DNA of 64,000 nt from an uncultured Bacilli bacterium. GTDB lineage: Bacteria; Bacillota_I; Bacilli_A; RF39; UBA660. This document shows, piece after piece, positions 1 to 9,673 of the stretch. Positions within the stretch are counted from its first letter, which is position 1. Each line of letters opens with the position of its first letter. Both the position numbers and the translations under genes were made by a program. The stretch spans positions 18,079-82,078 of the forward strand of contig CANQZW010000002.1 of the NCBI GenBank assembly GCA_947628435.1, written 5' to 3'. Below the pieces are notes generated by a model. It saw only the letters and a program-made list of their open reading frames with translations. It was not told the DNA's origin and ran no database searches.

Positions 1-788
1 AAAACGTAGATAAAGTAATAGATATAACTCAAGATCCAATTGGAAGAACTCCTAGAAGTAATCCTGCAACATACGTTGGAGTTTTTGATGATATAAGAGA
101 TGTTTTTGCAAATACTAAAGAAGCTAAAATAAGGGGATATGAAAAAGGAAGATTTTCATTTAATGTTAAAGGTGGCAGGTGTGAGGCTTGTTGGGGAGAT
201 GGAGTAAAAAAAATATCAATGAATTTTTTACCTGATGTCTATGTTCCGTGTGAGGTATGTGGCGGTACTCGATTTAATAAAGAAACTTTAGAGGTAAAAT
301 ATAAAGATAAAACCATTTATGATGTTTTACAAATGAGAGTAGAAGAAGCGATATCTTTCTTTGAAAATCATCCAAAAATCGTACGTAAATTAAAAGTTTT
401 GATGGATGTAGGTCTTGGTTATATAAAACTAGGTCAAAGTGCTCCAACGTTATCCGGTGGTGAGGCATCGCGCGTTAAATTAGCAAAGGAATTACAAAAA
501 AAGCCAACAGGTAAAAGTGTATTTATTTTAGATGAACCAACAACGGGTTTACATAGTCATGATATAAAAAAATTATTAACAATATTAAATAGGATTGTTG
601 ATAATGGTGATACTGTAATTGTAATAGAACATAACCTTGATGTGATAAAAGTAGCAGATCATATAATTGATTTAGGACCTGAAGGTGGAGATGATGGTGG
701 TACTATTGTTTGTGAGGGAACGCCTGAAAAAGTATCTAAGTGTTCGCAATCATATACTGGGCAGTATTTAAAAAAAATATTAAAATAA
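1..788 (+). CDS. uvrA: Excinuclease ABC subunit UvrA, C-terminal part (5' end lies off-window)
   Basis: Frame 3 is open from base 3. Translation shows [25 protein letters not shown] and [10 protein letters not shown] (zinc module), [15 protein letters not shown] (ABC signature) and [10 protein letters not shown] (Walker B). Stop at 786-788. Confidence 0.95.
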   Translation, partial: NVDKVIDITQDPIGRTPRSNPATYVGVFDDIRDVFANTKEAKIRGYEKGRFSFNVKGGRCEACWGDGVKKISMNFLPDVYVPCEVCGGTRFNKETLEVKYKDKTIYDVLQMRVEEAISFFENHPKIVRKLKVLMDVGLGYIKLGQSAPTLSGGEASRVKLAKELQKKPTGKSVFILDEPTTGLHSHDIKKLLTILNRIVDNGDTVIVIEHNLDVIKVADHIIDLGPEGGDDGGTIVCEGTPEKVSKCSQSYTGQYLKKILK

Positions 789-819
789 AGAGTGTTTTTA
801 AATTTAATGAATAATAAAT

Positions 820-857
820 AAAGTAGAGGTTTATATAATTTCTACTTTATTTTTTTA
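820..857 (+). terminator. Rho-independent terminator after uvrA
   Basis: AAAGTAGA (820-827) pairs with TCTACTTT (841-848): 8-bp stem followed by a T-run. Confidence 0.55.
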
Positions 858-933
858 TAAATTATTCGTTATTTTAACATTAACTTTTATATTTGTAGAA
901 ATGATAAAATATCAATTGAAAGGAGTTGTTATC

Positions 934-1350
934 ATGATACAACCATTAAATATTTCCTGGAATAAAACAAAGAAGAACGTTGAAGAAATTATTAATAAAT
1001 ATATATATTATAGTTTGTCTGTTGATAACAATTCCACGTCTAATATAAAAGAAAATTTTATCTTAGAAGAATTAGATATTAATAATTTAAATAACACATA
1101 CGTAAAAATAGAATCTTCAGAAAGAAAAAAAAGAATAGAATTTATAAATTACGTTAGATTTTCTTTTAATAAACTTACTACTGAGGAAAGAAAAATAATA
1201 TACTGGACATATTTTGATAAAGAAAACAATTATGATGATAGATATATCGCAAATAATTTAGGTTTTTCGTTAGGATATTACTATATTAAGAAAAAAGAAA
1301 CATTAATAAGATTTGCATACTGTCTTGGAGTAGAAGAGCTTAGTGAATGA
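934..1350 (+). CDS. Small ArpU-like / sigma-70 region-4-like transcriptional regulator (putative)
   Basis: Start moved to ATG 934, 8 nt behind AGGAG (921-925); the track ORF begins at 901. The C-terminal segment LTTEERKIIYWTYF...DRYIANNLGFSLGYYYIKKKETLIRFAYCLG resembles the region-4-type HTH of ArpU-family late-gene regulators. Recognised by eye only. Confidence 0.4.
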   Translation: MIQPLNISWNKTKKNVEEIINKYIYYSLSVDNNSTSNIKENFILEELDINNLNNTYVKIESSERKKRIEFINYVRFSFNKLTTEERKIIYWTYFDKENNYDDRYIANNLGFSLGYYYIKKKETLIRFAYCLGVEELSE

Positions 1351-1451
1351 AAATTTTTGGTTGAAATAAAAATACAATTATTGATAATTGTTTTATTAAT
1401 AAAGTATATTATTAAAAATAGATAAAAAATTAATATAAATTATTATCAATG

Positions 1452-1460
1452 TGTTATAAT
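1452..1460 (+). promoter_or_regulatory. Extended -10 promoter element TGTTATAAT upstream of the yvlD-like gene
   Basis: TGnTATAAT at 1452-1460, followed by a GGTGAT Shine-Dalgarno and ATG 1476. The same architecture recurs elsewhere in the window. Confidence 0.5.
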
Positions 1461-1475
1461 TGTATTGGTGATATT

Positions 1476-1922
1476 ATGAAAGTAATAGTAGTAGATGATA
1501 ATAATAAGAAAAATAAAAATAAAAATACCCAAATAGAGTATAGATTAAATTTATTTTTAGAGTGGCTTATATACATGTTTGGTTATGCTTTGGTTTTATT
1601 AATTGCATCTAATTTGTTTAGATCATTATACGTAGAAAATATTTGGTATGGTTTTTTAGGAGCAATTATAATTTATTTTCTTAATAAAACTATAAAACCA
1701 ATTTTAGTAACAATATCTTTGCCTCTTATAGGGATGTCTCTTGGTTTATTTTACTTTGTTATAAACGTATTTATTTTGTTAATAGTTACTTTGATTTTGG
1801 GTAAACATTTTTATTTAACAGGTTTTCTTTCGCCATTTATAGTGTCAATTTTCATAAGTATAATGAATGTTTTGATGGAAAGTCTTATAATAAAACCACT
1901 TATAGAAAGGTGTAAAAAATAA
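1476..1922 (+). CDS. YvlD/DUF360 (phage holin family IV-like) four-TM membrane protein
   Basis: Start at ATG 1476 (MKVIVVDD). Four hydrophobic helices and a NKTIKPILVTISLPL-type segment typical of DUF360. In B. subtilis yvlD also lies in the uvrA/lgt neighbourhood. Confidence 0.6.
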   Translation: MKVIVVDDNNKKNKNKNTQIEYRLNLFLEWLIYMFGYALVLLIASNLFRSLYVENIWYGFLGAIIIYFLNKTIKPILVTISLPLIGMSLGLFYFVINVFILLIVTLILGKHFYLTGFLSPFIVSIFISIMNVLMESLIIKPLIERCKK

Positions 1923-1923
1923 A

Positions 1924-2733
1924 ATGAATAAAATAGCTATTAGTATGGGACCATTTGAAATCACGTGGTATTCGGTATGTATTTTTATTGGTATATTATT
2001 TGCTTGGTTTATAATTAGTAAGGAGGCTAAAAGAAATAATATTCCTCCAACTTTTGTAACAAATTTAATATTTTGGTGTGTTGTTTTTGGTATTTTAGGG
2101 GCAAGGATATACTATGTATTGTTTAACTTAGATTACTATACAGCTAACCCAGAACAGATAATAAAAATATGGAATGGTGGACTTGCAATTCATGGTGGTA
2201 TGATAGCAGGTTTAATTACAATGGTAATTTATTGTAAAAAATACCGCGTTAATATTCTAAAGATGCTTGATATAGTAGTTCCTGGGCTTATTTTGGCTCA
2301 AGGAATTGGAAGATGGGGAAATTTTTTCAATTCAGAAGCCCATGGTGGTATAGTATCTAAAGCATTTTTAGAAAGTCTTCATTTACCAGAGTTTATAATA
2401 AAAGGTATGCATATTTCGGGTCACTATTATCATCCTACATTTTTATATGAATCTTTATTTTGCATTATTGGATTTTTCGTATTAGTTGGTATAAGAAGTC
2501 TTAAAAGCACTAAATTAGGTAATACAACAGCTATATATCTTATATGGTATGGAATTGTTAGATTTTTTGTAGAATCATTAAGAACGGATAGTTTGATGCT
2601 TGCAAATTTAAAAATGGCACAAATAGTTTCTGTTTTAATGATTGTAACTGGAATAATAATGTTTATAATTACTAAGATAAAATGTAAGTATTATTCTTCC
2701 GAGGTGGCAGGTGAAAATGAAATCATATTCTGA
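1924..2733 (+). CDS. lgt: Prolipoprotein diacylglyceryl transferase
   Basis: 269 aa, polytopic. Contains GARIYYV, WNGGLAIHGG and GRWGNFFNSEAHG motifs characteristic of Lgt. Confidence 0.9.
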   Translation: MNKIAISMGPFEITWYSVCIFIGILFAWFIISKEAKRNNIPPTFVTNLIFWCVVFGILGARIYYVLFNLDYYTANPEQIIKIWNGGLAIHGGMIAGLITMVIYCKKYRVNILKMLDIVVPGLILAQGIGRWGNFFNSEAHGGIVSKAFLESLHLPEFIIKGMHISGHYYHPTFLYESLFCIIGFFVLVGIRSLKSTKLGNTTAIYLIWYGIVRFFVESLRTDSLMLANLKMAQIVSVLMIVTGIIMFIITKIKCKYYSSEVAGENEIIF

Positions 2734-3625
2734 GCATGAGGTTATTATAATTGGCGCGGGTCCAGCTGGAATGTGTGCTGCAATATATTTAAAAAGAGCG
2801 GGTATAAATCCTCTTATAATAGAAAAAAATGCTCCAGGAGGAACATTAAATATTACTCATAAAATAGAAAATTATCCCGGATATGTTGATAAAGATGGTA
2901 CGGTTTTAGCTTTTAGAATGTATAGTCAAGTAGAAGAATTAGGCATTGATTTAAAAAAAGAAGAAGTGTTAAAAATAGAGAAAAAAGATGATTTGTATTT
3001 AGTTACTACTAATTATAATTCTTACGCCTCAAAATACGTTCTTATTGCGAGTGGGAAAATACCAAGAAAATTAGATGCAAAAAATGCTAAAAAGTATGAA
3101 GGCAAAGGAATTTCATATTGTGCTGTGTGTGATGGGGCTTTATACAAAAATAAAGTTGTTGCGATAATTGGCGGTGGAAATTCTGCTATGGAATCAGCAC
3201 TATACATGAGTAACATAGCAAGCAAAGTATATGTTATTAATAGGTCATCCGTTTTAAGAGCGGATAAAAAAGAACAAGATGATGTTAAGAAAAAAGATAA
3301 CGTAGAAATAGTATATGATTGTAAAGTATTAGAAGTTATGGCAGATAGTAATAAATTATCTAAAATCAAGTTAGATAATGAAAATATATTAGAAGTAGAT
3401 GCAGTATTCGTTTGTATAGGTCAAGAATCAAATACTGCGTACTATCAAGGATTAAATTTAAAAACTGATAATATGGGAATATTAGTTGATGTTGATATGA
3501 AAACCAATATAAATAATATTTATGCTTGTGGTGATGCAATAAGCAAAAAATTATATCAAGTTGTAACTGCAACTGGTGAAGGAGCTATTGCAGCAACTAA
3601 CATAATTAAATCAATAAGAAAATAG
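2717..3625 (+). CDS. trxB: Thioredoxin-disulfide reductase
   Basis: VIIIGAGPAG (FAD site), redox-active CAVCDG, GGGNSAMESA (NADPH site), GDA near the C-terminus. ATG 2717 lies 9 nt after GAGGTGG; GTG 2711 is the alternative start. Overlaps the lgt 3' end. Confidence 0.9.
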   Translation: MKSYSEHEVIIIGAGPAGMCAAIYLKRAGINPLIIEKNAPGGTLNITHKIENYPGYVDKDGTVLAFRMYSQVEELGIDLKKEEVLKIEKKDDLYLVTTNYNSYASKYVLIASGKIPRKLDAKNAKKYEGKGISYCAVCDGALYKNKVVAIIGGGNSAMESALYMSNIASKVYVINRSSVLRADKKEQDDVKKKDNVEIVYDCKVLEVMADSNKLSKIKLDNENILEVDAVFVCIGQESNTAYYQGLNLKTDNMGILVDVDMKTNINNIYACGDAISKKLYQVVTATGEGAIAATNIIKSIRK

Positions 3626-3742
3626 GTCTAGTAAATTAGATCTATTATTTTATTTTATAGTATTATTATAATAAAAACGCCTGGATATGTTGAAAAAGAA
3701 AACTTTATTTGATATAATCATAAAGGTAAGGAAAGTGATGAT

Positions 3743-4675
3743 ATGACATTCTCAAGCAAAATAAAAAAAGAAATAAGTACGGTAGAGTGTACCCGTGCAG
3801 AATATCTATCTGAACTATCAGGAATAATTAGAACAAGTGCTGAAATTAAAATCTATAATATTAAGATACAAACGGAAAATAAATTTGTTGCAAATAGAAT
3901 TTTTGGGCTTTTTAAAATACTTTATGATATTAACTTAAATATATCATTACGAAAAAATTATAATTTTAAGAAAAATGAAATATATGTTTTGGAATTAAAA
4001 AAAGATACTTTAAAGGTGCTACGTGATTTAGGAATTATAAATGAAAAAAATCAGTTACTTAGAATTCCAAATGAGTCTTTATTATCAGATGAAGAACTTA
4101 AAAGAGCTTTTTTGCGAGGTGTTTTTTTAGTCAGTGGTAGTTTAAATGATCCTAAAACGTCAAGGTATCATTTAGAGTTTTTAATCGGTGATACAAAGTA
4201 TGCTAATTTTTTAAACTCTTTATTAAAAGATAATGGACTTAATAGCAAAATTTTACATCGTAAAAAAGGCTACATGGTATATATTAAAGAAGCAGAAAAA
4301 ATAAGCGATTTTTTAAGATTAATTAGAGCTTATAATGGGGTTATGTATTATGAAGATATAAGGGTATATAGAGAAAAAATAAATGTAACTAATAGACTTA
4401 ATAATTGTGAACAAGCAAATGTTGAAAAAACAATGATTACTTCTAATAAGTTGATTAGTGATATTAATTTTATTAAAGAAAAACAAATGTTTGATTTGCT
4501 TGATGATAAGGTAAAAGAAAGTGCTATTTATAGAGAAAAATATCCAGAATCATCCTTACTTGAATTAAGTGAAATAATGACTTTGGAAACAGGAAATTCT
4601 ATAAGTAAATCATGTTTAAATCATAGGTTTAGAAAAATAAAAGATCTTGCAGAAAAAATAAGAAATAAAAAATAA
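3743..4675 (+). CDS. whiA: DNA-binding sporulation/cell-division regulator WhiA
   Basis: 310 aa. N-terminus FSSKIKKEIS, LRGVFLVSGSLNDPKTSRYHLEF (degenerate LAGLIDADG scaffold), C-terminal HTH ending SKSCLNHRFRKI. Confidence 0.9.
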   Translation: MTFSSKIKKEISTVECTRAEYLSELSGIIRTSAEIKIYNIKIQTENKFVANRIFGLFKILYDINLNISLRKNYNFKKNEIYVLELKKDTLKVLRDLGIINEKNQLLRIPNESLLSDEELKRAFLRGVFLVSGSLNDPKTSRYHLEFLIGDTKYANFLNSLLKDNGLNSKILHRKKGYMVYIKEAEKISDFLRLIRAYNGVMYYEDIRVYREKINVTNRLNNCEQANVEKTMITSNKLISDINFIKEKQMFDLLDDKVKESAIYREKYPESSLLELSEIMTLETGNSISKSCLNHRFRKIKDLAEKIRNKK

Positions 4676-4763
4676 AATTATATATTAAAGAAAATTTACA
4701 ATAAATCTAAAATAAATGATATAATGTATATATTGAAAATAAGTAGTGAGGGGAAGTGTAATC

Positions 4764-5558
4764 ATGTCAAGAGTAATAGCTTTAGTAAATCAAAAAGGTG
4801 GAGTAGGCAAAACAACAACCAGTATTAATCTTGCAGCATCACTTGGGGTTCAAAATAAAAAAGTATTACTTATTGATTTGGATCCACAGGGAAATGCATC
4901 AACTGGTGTTGGAATAAATAAAGGTGATGTAGATAAAAGTATATATGATTTACTACTTGGAAGATGCTTGCCAAATCAAGCAATTATAAGAACTAATTTT
5001 AAAAATTTAAGTATAATTCCTGCAACTATAAATTTAGCAGGTGCTGATATAGAACTTATTGAAAAAGGTAAGTTACAAGAAAATTTTCAGAAAAATATGC
5101 AACTTAAAATAGCAATAGAACCAATAAGAGATGACTATGATTTTATAATAATTGATTGTCCACCATCTCTTGGACTTTTGACTACTAATGCTCTTACTGC
5201 GGCAAATTCGGTTTTAATACCAGTTCAATGCGAATTTTTTGCACTAGAGGGAATTATGCAATTATTAAATTCTATAATGCTTGCGCAAAAAAAACTTAAT
5301 CCAGGATTAGAAATAGAAGGGGTATTGCTTACCATGCTTGATTCTAGAACTAATTTAGGATTAGAAGTAGTTGAAGAAATAAGAGGATTTTTTAAGGAAA
5401 GAGTTTATAATACGTTGATACCAAGATTAATAAGATTAACAGAAGCTCCTTCTCATGGTAAACCAATAGTAGCGTATGATCCTATGAGTCGTGGTACGGA
5501 AGCTTATCTTAACTTAGCAAAGGAGGTAATTGAGCAAGATGAAAGAAGAAACGGGTAA
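4764..5558 (+). CDS. soj: Chromosome-partitioning ATPase ParA/Soj
   Basis: ATG 4764 behind GAGGGGA. Deviant Walker A NQKGGVGKTTT; DLDPQGN; IIIDCPPSLG. Confidence 0.93.
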   Translation: MSRVIALVNQKGGVGKTTTSINLAASLGVQNKKVLLIDLDPQGNASTGVGINKGDVDKSIYDLLLGRCLPNQAIIRTNFKNLSIIPATINLAGADIELIEKGKLQENFQKNMQLKIAIEPIRDDYDFIIIDCPPSLGLLTTNALTAANSVLIPVQCEFFALEGIMQLLNSIMLAQKKLNPGLEIEGVLLTMLDSRTNLGLEVVEEIRGFFKERVYNTLIPRLIRLTEAPSHGKPIVAYDPMSRGTEAYLNLAKEVIEQDERRNG

Positions 5559-6426
5559 AAGAAGAGCGCTTGGAATGGGTCTAGAACAATTATTTAATTC
5601 AGAAATGCTAGATTTTGATCAAGTAGAAAAAGAAATAGTAAAAGAAACTCCTAAAGATGAAATTATACAGATAAATATAAATGAGTTGATGAGTAATCCT
5701 TATCAACCAAGAAAAATTTTTGATGATGATGCTTTAAAAGAGCTTGCGTTATCAATTAAAGAACATGGTGTTTTTCAACCTATTATTGTTAAAAAAAGTG
5801 TTAAGGGGTATAACATAATAGCAGGTGAGCGAAGAGTTAAAGCATCTAGATTAGCAGGTTTAACAACAATACCAGCCATTGTTAGGGATTTTACTGATGA
5901 TGAAATGATGCAAATAGCTCTTTTAGAAAATCTTCAAAGAGAGGATTTAACTGCAATAGAAGAGGCAAAAGCATATAAATCAATAATTGAATCGTTAAAA
6001 TTAACGCAAGATCAGTTAGCTAAAAAGCTTGGAAAATCAAGAAGTCATATCACTAATATGCTAGGACTTTTAAGATTGCCTATTAACGTACAAGATATGG
6101 TGTTACATGGTGAAATTTCTATGGGACACGCAAGGGTTTTAAGTAAATTAGAAAATTATAATCAAATAGAAGAACTTGCCAAAAGAATAACATCAGAAAA
6201 TTTAAGTGTTAGAGACCTTGAGTCCATAGCAGAATCTTCTTCATTCGTTAGAAATATTCCTGTTAAGAAGGCATTAAAAAATAAAGAATATAAATATGTA
6301 GAAGATGCTATAAAAGATAAACTAGGTACTAAAGTATCGATTTCTGGTAATAAAATTAAAATTTCTTTTGCTACAAAAGAAGATCTTAATAGAATACTTG
6401 AAATTTTAAATATAAATGTGGAATAG
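5539..6426 (+). CDS. spo0J: Chromosome-partitioning protein ParB/Spo0J
   Basis: ATG 5539 behind AGGAGG (5521-5526). NPYQPRK, GERRVKASRLAG and ALLENLQREDL ParB boxes, plus the HTH LAKKLGKSRSHITN. Confidence 0.93.
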   Translation: MKEETGKRRALGMGLEQLFNSEMLDFDQVEKEIVKETPKDEIIQININELMSNPYQPRKIFDDDALKELALSIKEHGVFQPIIVKKSVKGYNIIAGERRVKASRLAGLTTIPAIVRDFTDDEMMQIALLENLQREDLTAIEEAKAYKSIIESLKLTQDQLAKKLGKSRSHITNMLGLLRLPINVQDMVLHGEISMGHARVLSKLENYNQIEELAKRITSENLSVRDLESIAESSSFVRNIPVKKALKNKEYKYVEDAIKDKLGTKVSISGNKIKISFATKEDLNRILEILNINVE

Positions 6427-6434
6427 AGGATCTT

Positions 6435-7241
6435 ATGAAAATATTTGGACTTACAATAATAAAGCAGGTATACATGCCAATACTCATTGTTATTTTTACA
6501 TTTATTTTAGAAAAATTTCTAAAATTGATTGTGAAAAAAACTTTTAATCCAGAAAAAAAACATCATAAATTTGATTCTAGAAAAATAAAAACGATAAGAA
6601 GTATATTATGTAACATAATTAAGTATGTTGTTTGGGCTGCTGCTTTTTTATCAATATTGGGCGTTTTTGGAGTGAATACCGCAGCTTTAATAACTGGTCT
6701 TGGAGTTATAAGTTTGGTAATAGGACTTGCGTTTCAAGATATTTTAAAAGATATATTAGTAGGAGTATCAATTTTATTTGAAAGCTGGTTTGAGATTGGT
6801 GATTTAGTAAAAATCAATGACTTTGAGGGTAACGTTGTATCGATTGGTTTAAAAACAACAAGGTTGCAAGCTTATACCGGAGAAATAAAAATAATATCAA
6901 ATAGAAATATATCAGAAATAATTAATTATAGTATGGATAAAACTTTAGCGGTTGTTGATATACCAGTTAGTTATGAATGTAAAATAGATAGAGTAGAAAA
7001 GATACTTATGGTAACTGCTGCAACTTTAAGAGATAAAATACCACAATTAGCAAGTGATATAGAACTTTTAGGGGTTCAAGAACTAAGTGATTCTGCAGTA
7101 TTATTTAGATTGGTAGGTAAATGTAACCCTGCTAAACATTATGAAGTACAAAGACAAATGAAAAAAGAATTTAAGAAAGCTTTAGATAAAAATGGTATAA
7201 AAATACCATATCCACAAATAGAGGTGCATAATGAAAAATAA
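6435..7241 (+). CDS. MscS-family mechanosensitive channel
   Basis: Three N-terminal TM helices, then GLAFQDILKD...IGDLVKI...G.V..IGLKTTRL, typical of the MscS pore/beta domain. Confidence 0.85.
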   Translation: MKIFGLTIIKQVYMPILIVIFTFILEKFLKLIVKKTFNPEKKHHKFDSRKIKTIRSILCNIIKYVVWAAAFLSILGVFGVNTAALITGLGVISLVIGLAFQDILKDILVGVSILFESWFEIGDLVKINDFEGNVVSIGLKTTRLQAYTGEIKIISNRNISEIINYSMDKTLAVVDIPVSYECKIDRVEKILMVTAATLRDKIPQLASDIELLGVQELSDSAVLFRLVGKCNPAKHYEVQRQMKKEFKKALDKNGIKIPYPQIEVHNEK

Positions 7242-7431
7242 CTATGAATTAGGCACAATTGTAGAAATGAAAAAAAATCATCCTTGTGGATGCAATAAAT
7301 TTGAAGTAATAAGAATTGGCGTAGATATAAAAATAAAATGTGAAAAATGTGGTAGAACAATAATGTTACCACGGATAGATTTTAATAAGAAGATAAAAAA
7401 GGTGTTGGAGGTTAAAAATTATGAAAGATAA
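7231..7431 (+). CDS. DUF951 family small zinc-ribbon protein (YyzM-like)
   Basis: 66 aa with HPCGCNKFEV...KCEKCGR. Occupies the spo0J-ychF neighbourhood as in Bacillus. Confidence 0.7.
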   Translation: MKNNYELGTIVEMKKNHPCGCNKFEVIRIGVDIKIKCEKCGRTIMLPRIDFNKKIKKVLEVKNYER

Positions 7432-8959
7432 AAAGATAAAAAGATCATCGCATCCAGTTATGTTTTTCATATACATATCTATTTTAGTTATTATAGTAAG
7501 TGCAATTGCAAACGCACTAAATTTTCAAGTTACTTATGATAAACTAACAACAATAGCAGGAGAGGTTGAATCAACGACGGATGCTGTTAATTCTCTTTTA
7601 AGCCTTAACGGACTTAAATTTTTAATAACATCAGCATATGATAATTTAATATCATTTGCTCCTTTTGGCTCACTACTTATTGCATCGATAGCTTTTGCAA
7701 TAGCTTTGAAATCAGGTTTTTTAAAAACACTATGTAATAAAATAACAAAAATAATTCCAAAATTTTTAATAGTATTTATTTTTTCATTAATATGTATAAT
7801 AGCAAGTGTTGATTCAAATATAGGTTATGTTGTGTTATTACCACTTGGAGCTGTTTTATTCATGAGTATGAATAGAAACCCAATAGGAGGTATTGCATTA
7901 GCATTTGCATCAATAGCAGCTGGACATGGAGCTGGATTATTTATTACCTCATTAGATTATAATTTATCAAGTTATACAGAAGCAAGCGCTAAGTTACTTG
8001 ATACTGAATATGTAGTTACTCAAAGTAGTAATTTATTATTTATAATAGTTGCGGCATTATTAATAGCAACAATTATAACGTTTATAACAGAAAAATTTGT
8101 GTCAAGGAAATTGGGTAGAAATACAATAGAAGAAGACGAAGAACTAATGCTTGAGGAGCAACAAGAGAAAAAGGGATTAATAGGTGCGTTAGTTGCTACT
8201 CTAATTTTCCTTATACCATTAATATTGATGATAATTCCTTCATCTAAGGATGGTTTTATTGGATTATTGTTAGATAAATCTCAAACAACATATTCAAAGA
8301 TGCTATTTTCTAGTGATGCATTATTAATAAATAATTTAATTAGTATAGTATCACTTTTACTTGTTATTCAAGGATTCGTATTTGGAGTTATTGCTGGAAC
8401 AATTAAGAAAATAAGAGATTTGGTTAATTTTGCAACGACTTATTTAAAAAGTATCGGTGGTATTTTTGTATTGATATTCTTTGCCGCTCAATTAAGTGCA
8501 ATTATAAAAGAAACAAACTTAGCAGTAGTAGTAACGGGTACTTTATCAAACCTTATATCATCATCAGAATTTTCATTTATTCCGCTTATTTTATTAATTT
8601 TACTTTCAGTAATGCTTTGTAACATACTTTCCCCAAATTCTGTTGCTAAATGGTCAATTATTGCTCCTAATATAATGCCTGCCGTAATGAAAGCAAATAT
8701 ATCTGCTGAATTTGCACAATTAGTGTTTAGAGCAGGTGATTCAATGACTAATATAATTACACCGGTATTTAGTTATTTTGTAATATTTATTGGATTTATA
8801 GAAGTTTATACTAAAAATAAAAATGACTTTAGTATTAGAAATTGCTATCGTGTTATTATGCCATATTTCATAGCAATATCATTTATGTGGTTATTTATGA
8901 TTATATGTTGGTATATAATCGGTTTACCAATAGGCCCTGGGGTATATCCAACTGTATAA
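7421..8959 (+). CDS. AbgT-family (p-aminobenzoyl-glutamate / antimetabolite) transporter
   Basis: 512 aa, polytopic. The N-terminus ...RSSHPVMFFIYISILVIIVSAI and overall size are typical of AbgT/MtrF. Confidence 0.75.
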   Translation: MKDKKIKRSSHPVMFFIYISILVIIVSAIANALNFQVTYDKLTTIAGEVESTTDAVNSLLSLNGLKFLITSAYDNLISFAPFGSLLIASIAFAIALKSGFLKTLCNKITKIIPKFLIVFIFSLICIIASVDSNIGYVVLLPLGAVLFMSMNRNPIGGIALAFASIAAGHGAGLFITSLDYNLSSYTEASAKLLDTEYVVTQSSNLLFIIVAALLIATIITFITEKFVSRKLGRNTIEEDEELMLEEQQEKKGLIGALVATLIFLIPLILMIIPSSKDGFIGLLLDKSQTTYSKMLFSSDALLINNLISIVSLLLVIQGFVFGVIAGTIKKIRDLVNFATTYLKSIGGIFVLIFFAAQLSAIIKETNLAVVVTGTLSNLISSSEFSFIPLILLILLSVMLCNILSPNSVAKWSIIAPNIMPAVMKANISAEFAQLVFRAGDSMTNIITPVFSYFVIFIGFIEVYTKNKNDFSIRNCYRVIMPYFIAISFMWLFMIICWYIIGLPIGPGVYPTV

Positions 8960-9092
8960 ATAATGTTTATTTAATATGTTATGGTATAAATTTAGTTGCT
9001 ATTGGTTTTATTTGAAAAAAATGAAAATCATTACATTAATTGTTGATTATTAATATATTTTTTGTTATCATATATGCCTAGGGAGTGAAAGA

Positions 9093-9620
9093 ATGAAAAA
9101 AGAAGAAAAAATAAAAGAAATGTCTATGAGTAAATCTCTTGTTTTATCATATGGAGAAACTAATGAAATATCTGATTTTCTAGGCGTTTTTGAATTTTCT
9201 AACTTAGATTTAAGTGAAAATAGTAAAGAAAATAAAAAAGTAAAATTTGTATCATCAGACTCAAACATAGTTTTTACTAAACTTGATAATGAAAGTGAAA
9301 AGATAATGGTGCCAGTAAAAGATTGGATTAAAATTTGTAATGGTTCTGATGCAAATTCAAATAATTTTGCAATAAAGCATATTATTGAATGTTTTAATCC
9401 ATCAAATAAAACTGAGTATTCGCTTTTAGAAAGATTATTATCACAATATTATCTTATGTATAACGAAGGATTTAAGGTTGATAAAAATTATAGTTTATAT
9501 GAAGCTAATGCATCATATGTAAAAGATGGTATAATTCAAGGATTAAATTATAGCATAACACCTATTAAATATTGTGATTATGATAAAAAAGAAAAAGAAG
9601 CTTTTAAAACAATGAAATAA
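9093..9620 (+). CDS. Hypothetical protein, no recognisable domain
   Basis: 175-aa ORF with RBS GGGAGTGAAAG, coding-like composition and its own terminator. No motif recognised. Confidence 0.5.
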   Translation: MKKEEKIKEMSMSKSLVLSYGETNEISDFLGVFEFSNLDLSENSKENKKVKFVSSDSNIVFTKLDNESEKIMVPVKDWIKICNGSDANSNNFAIKHIIECFNPSNKTEYSLLERLLSQYYLMYNEGFKVDKNYSLYEANASYVKDGIIQGLNYSITPIKYCDYDKKEKEAFKTMK

Positions 9621-9636
9621 CTATTCATTGTTTTTT
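9610..9636 (+). terminator. Rho-independent terminator
   Basis: CAATGAA (9610-9616) pairs with TTCATTG (9624-9630), followed by TTTTTT. Confidence 0.55.
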
Positions 9637-9642
9637 AATGTG

Positions 9643-9651
9643 TGATATAAT
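9643..9651 (+). promoter_or_regulatory. Extended -10 (TGATATAAT) for ychF
   Basis: TGnTATAAT at 9643-9651, about 22 nt upstream of ATG 9674. Confidence 0.45.
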
Positions 9652-9673
9652 ACCAAAAGAAGGAAGTGATTTT

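Noticed and set aside
901-1922. Possible prophage remnant (ArpU-like regulator plus holin-family protein)
   Set aside because: There is no integrase, terminase, capsid, tail or endolysin gene and no flanking repeats, and yvlD is syntenic with uvrA/lgt in Bacillus. Kept only as a low-confidence 'domesticated module' finding.
4764-6426. Looked for a parS site (TGTTNCACGTGAAACA) in and around soj-spo0J
   Set aside because: No full match was seen by eye. CACGTG cores at about 1965, 13660, 45170, 55405 and 61800 lack the flanking TGTT/AACA arms. A degenerate site cannot be excluded without a computational scan.
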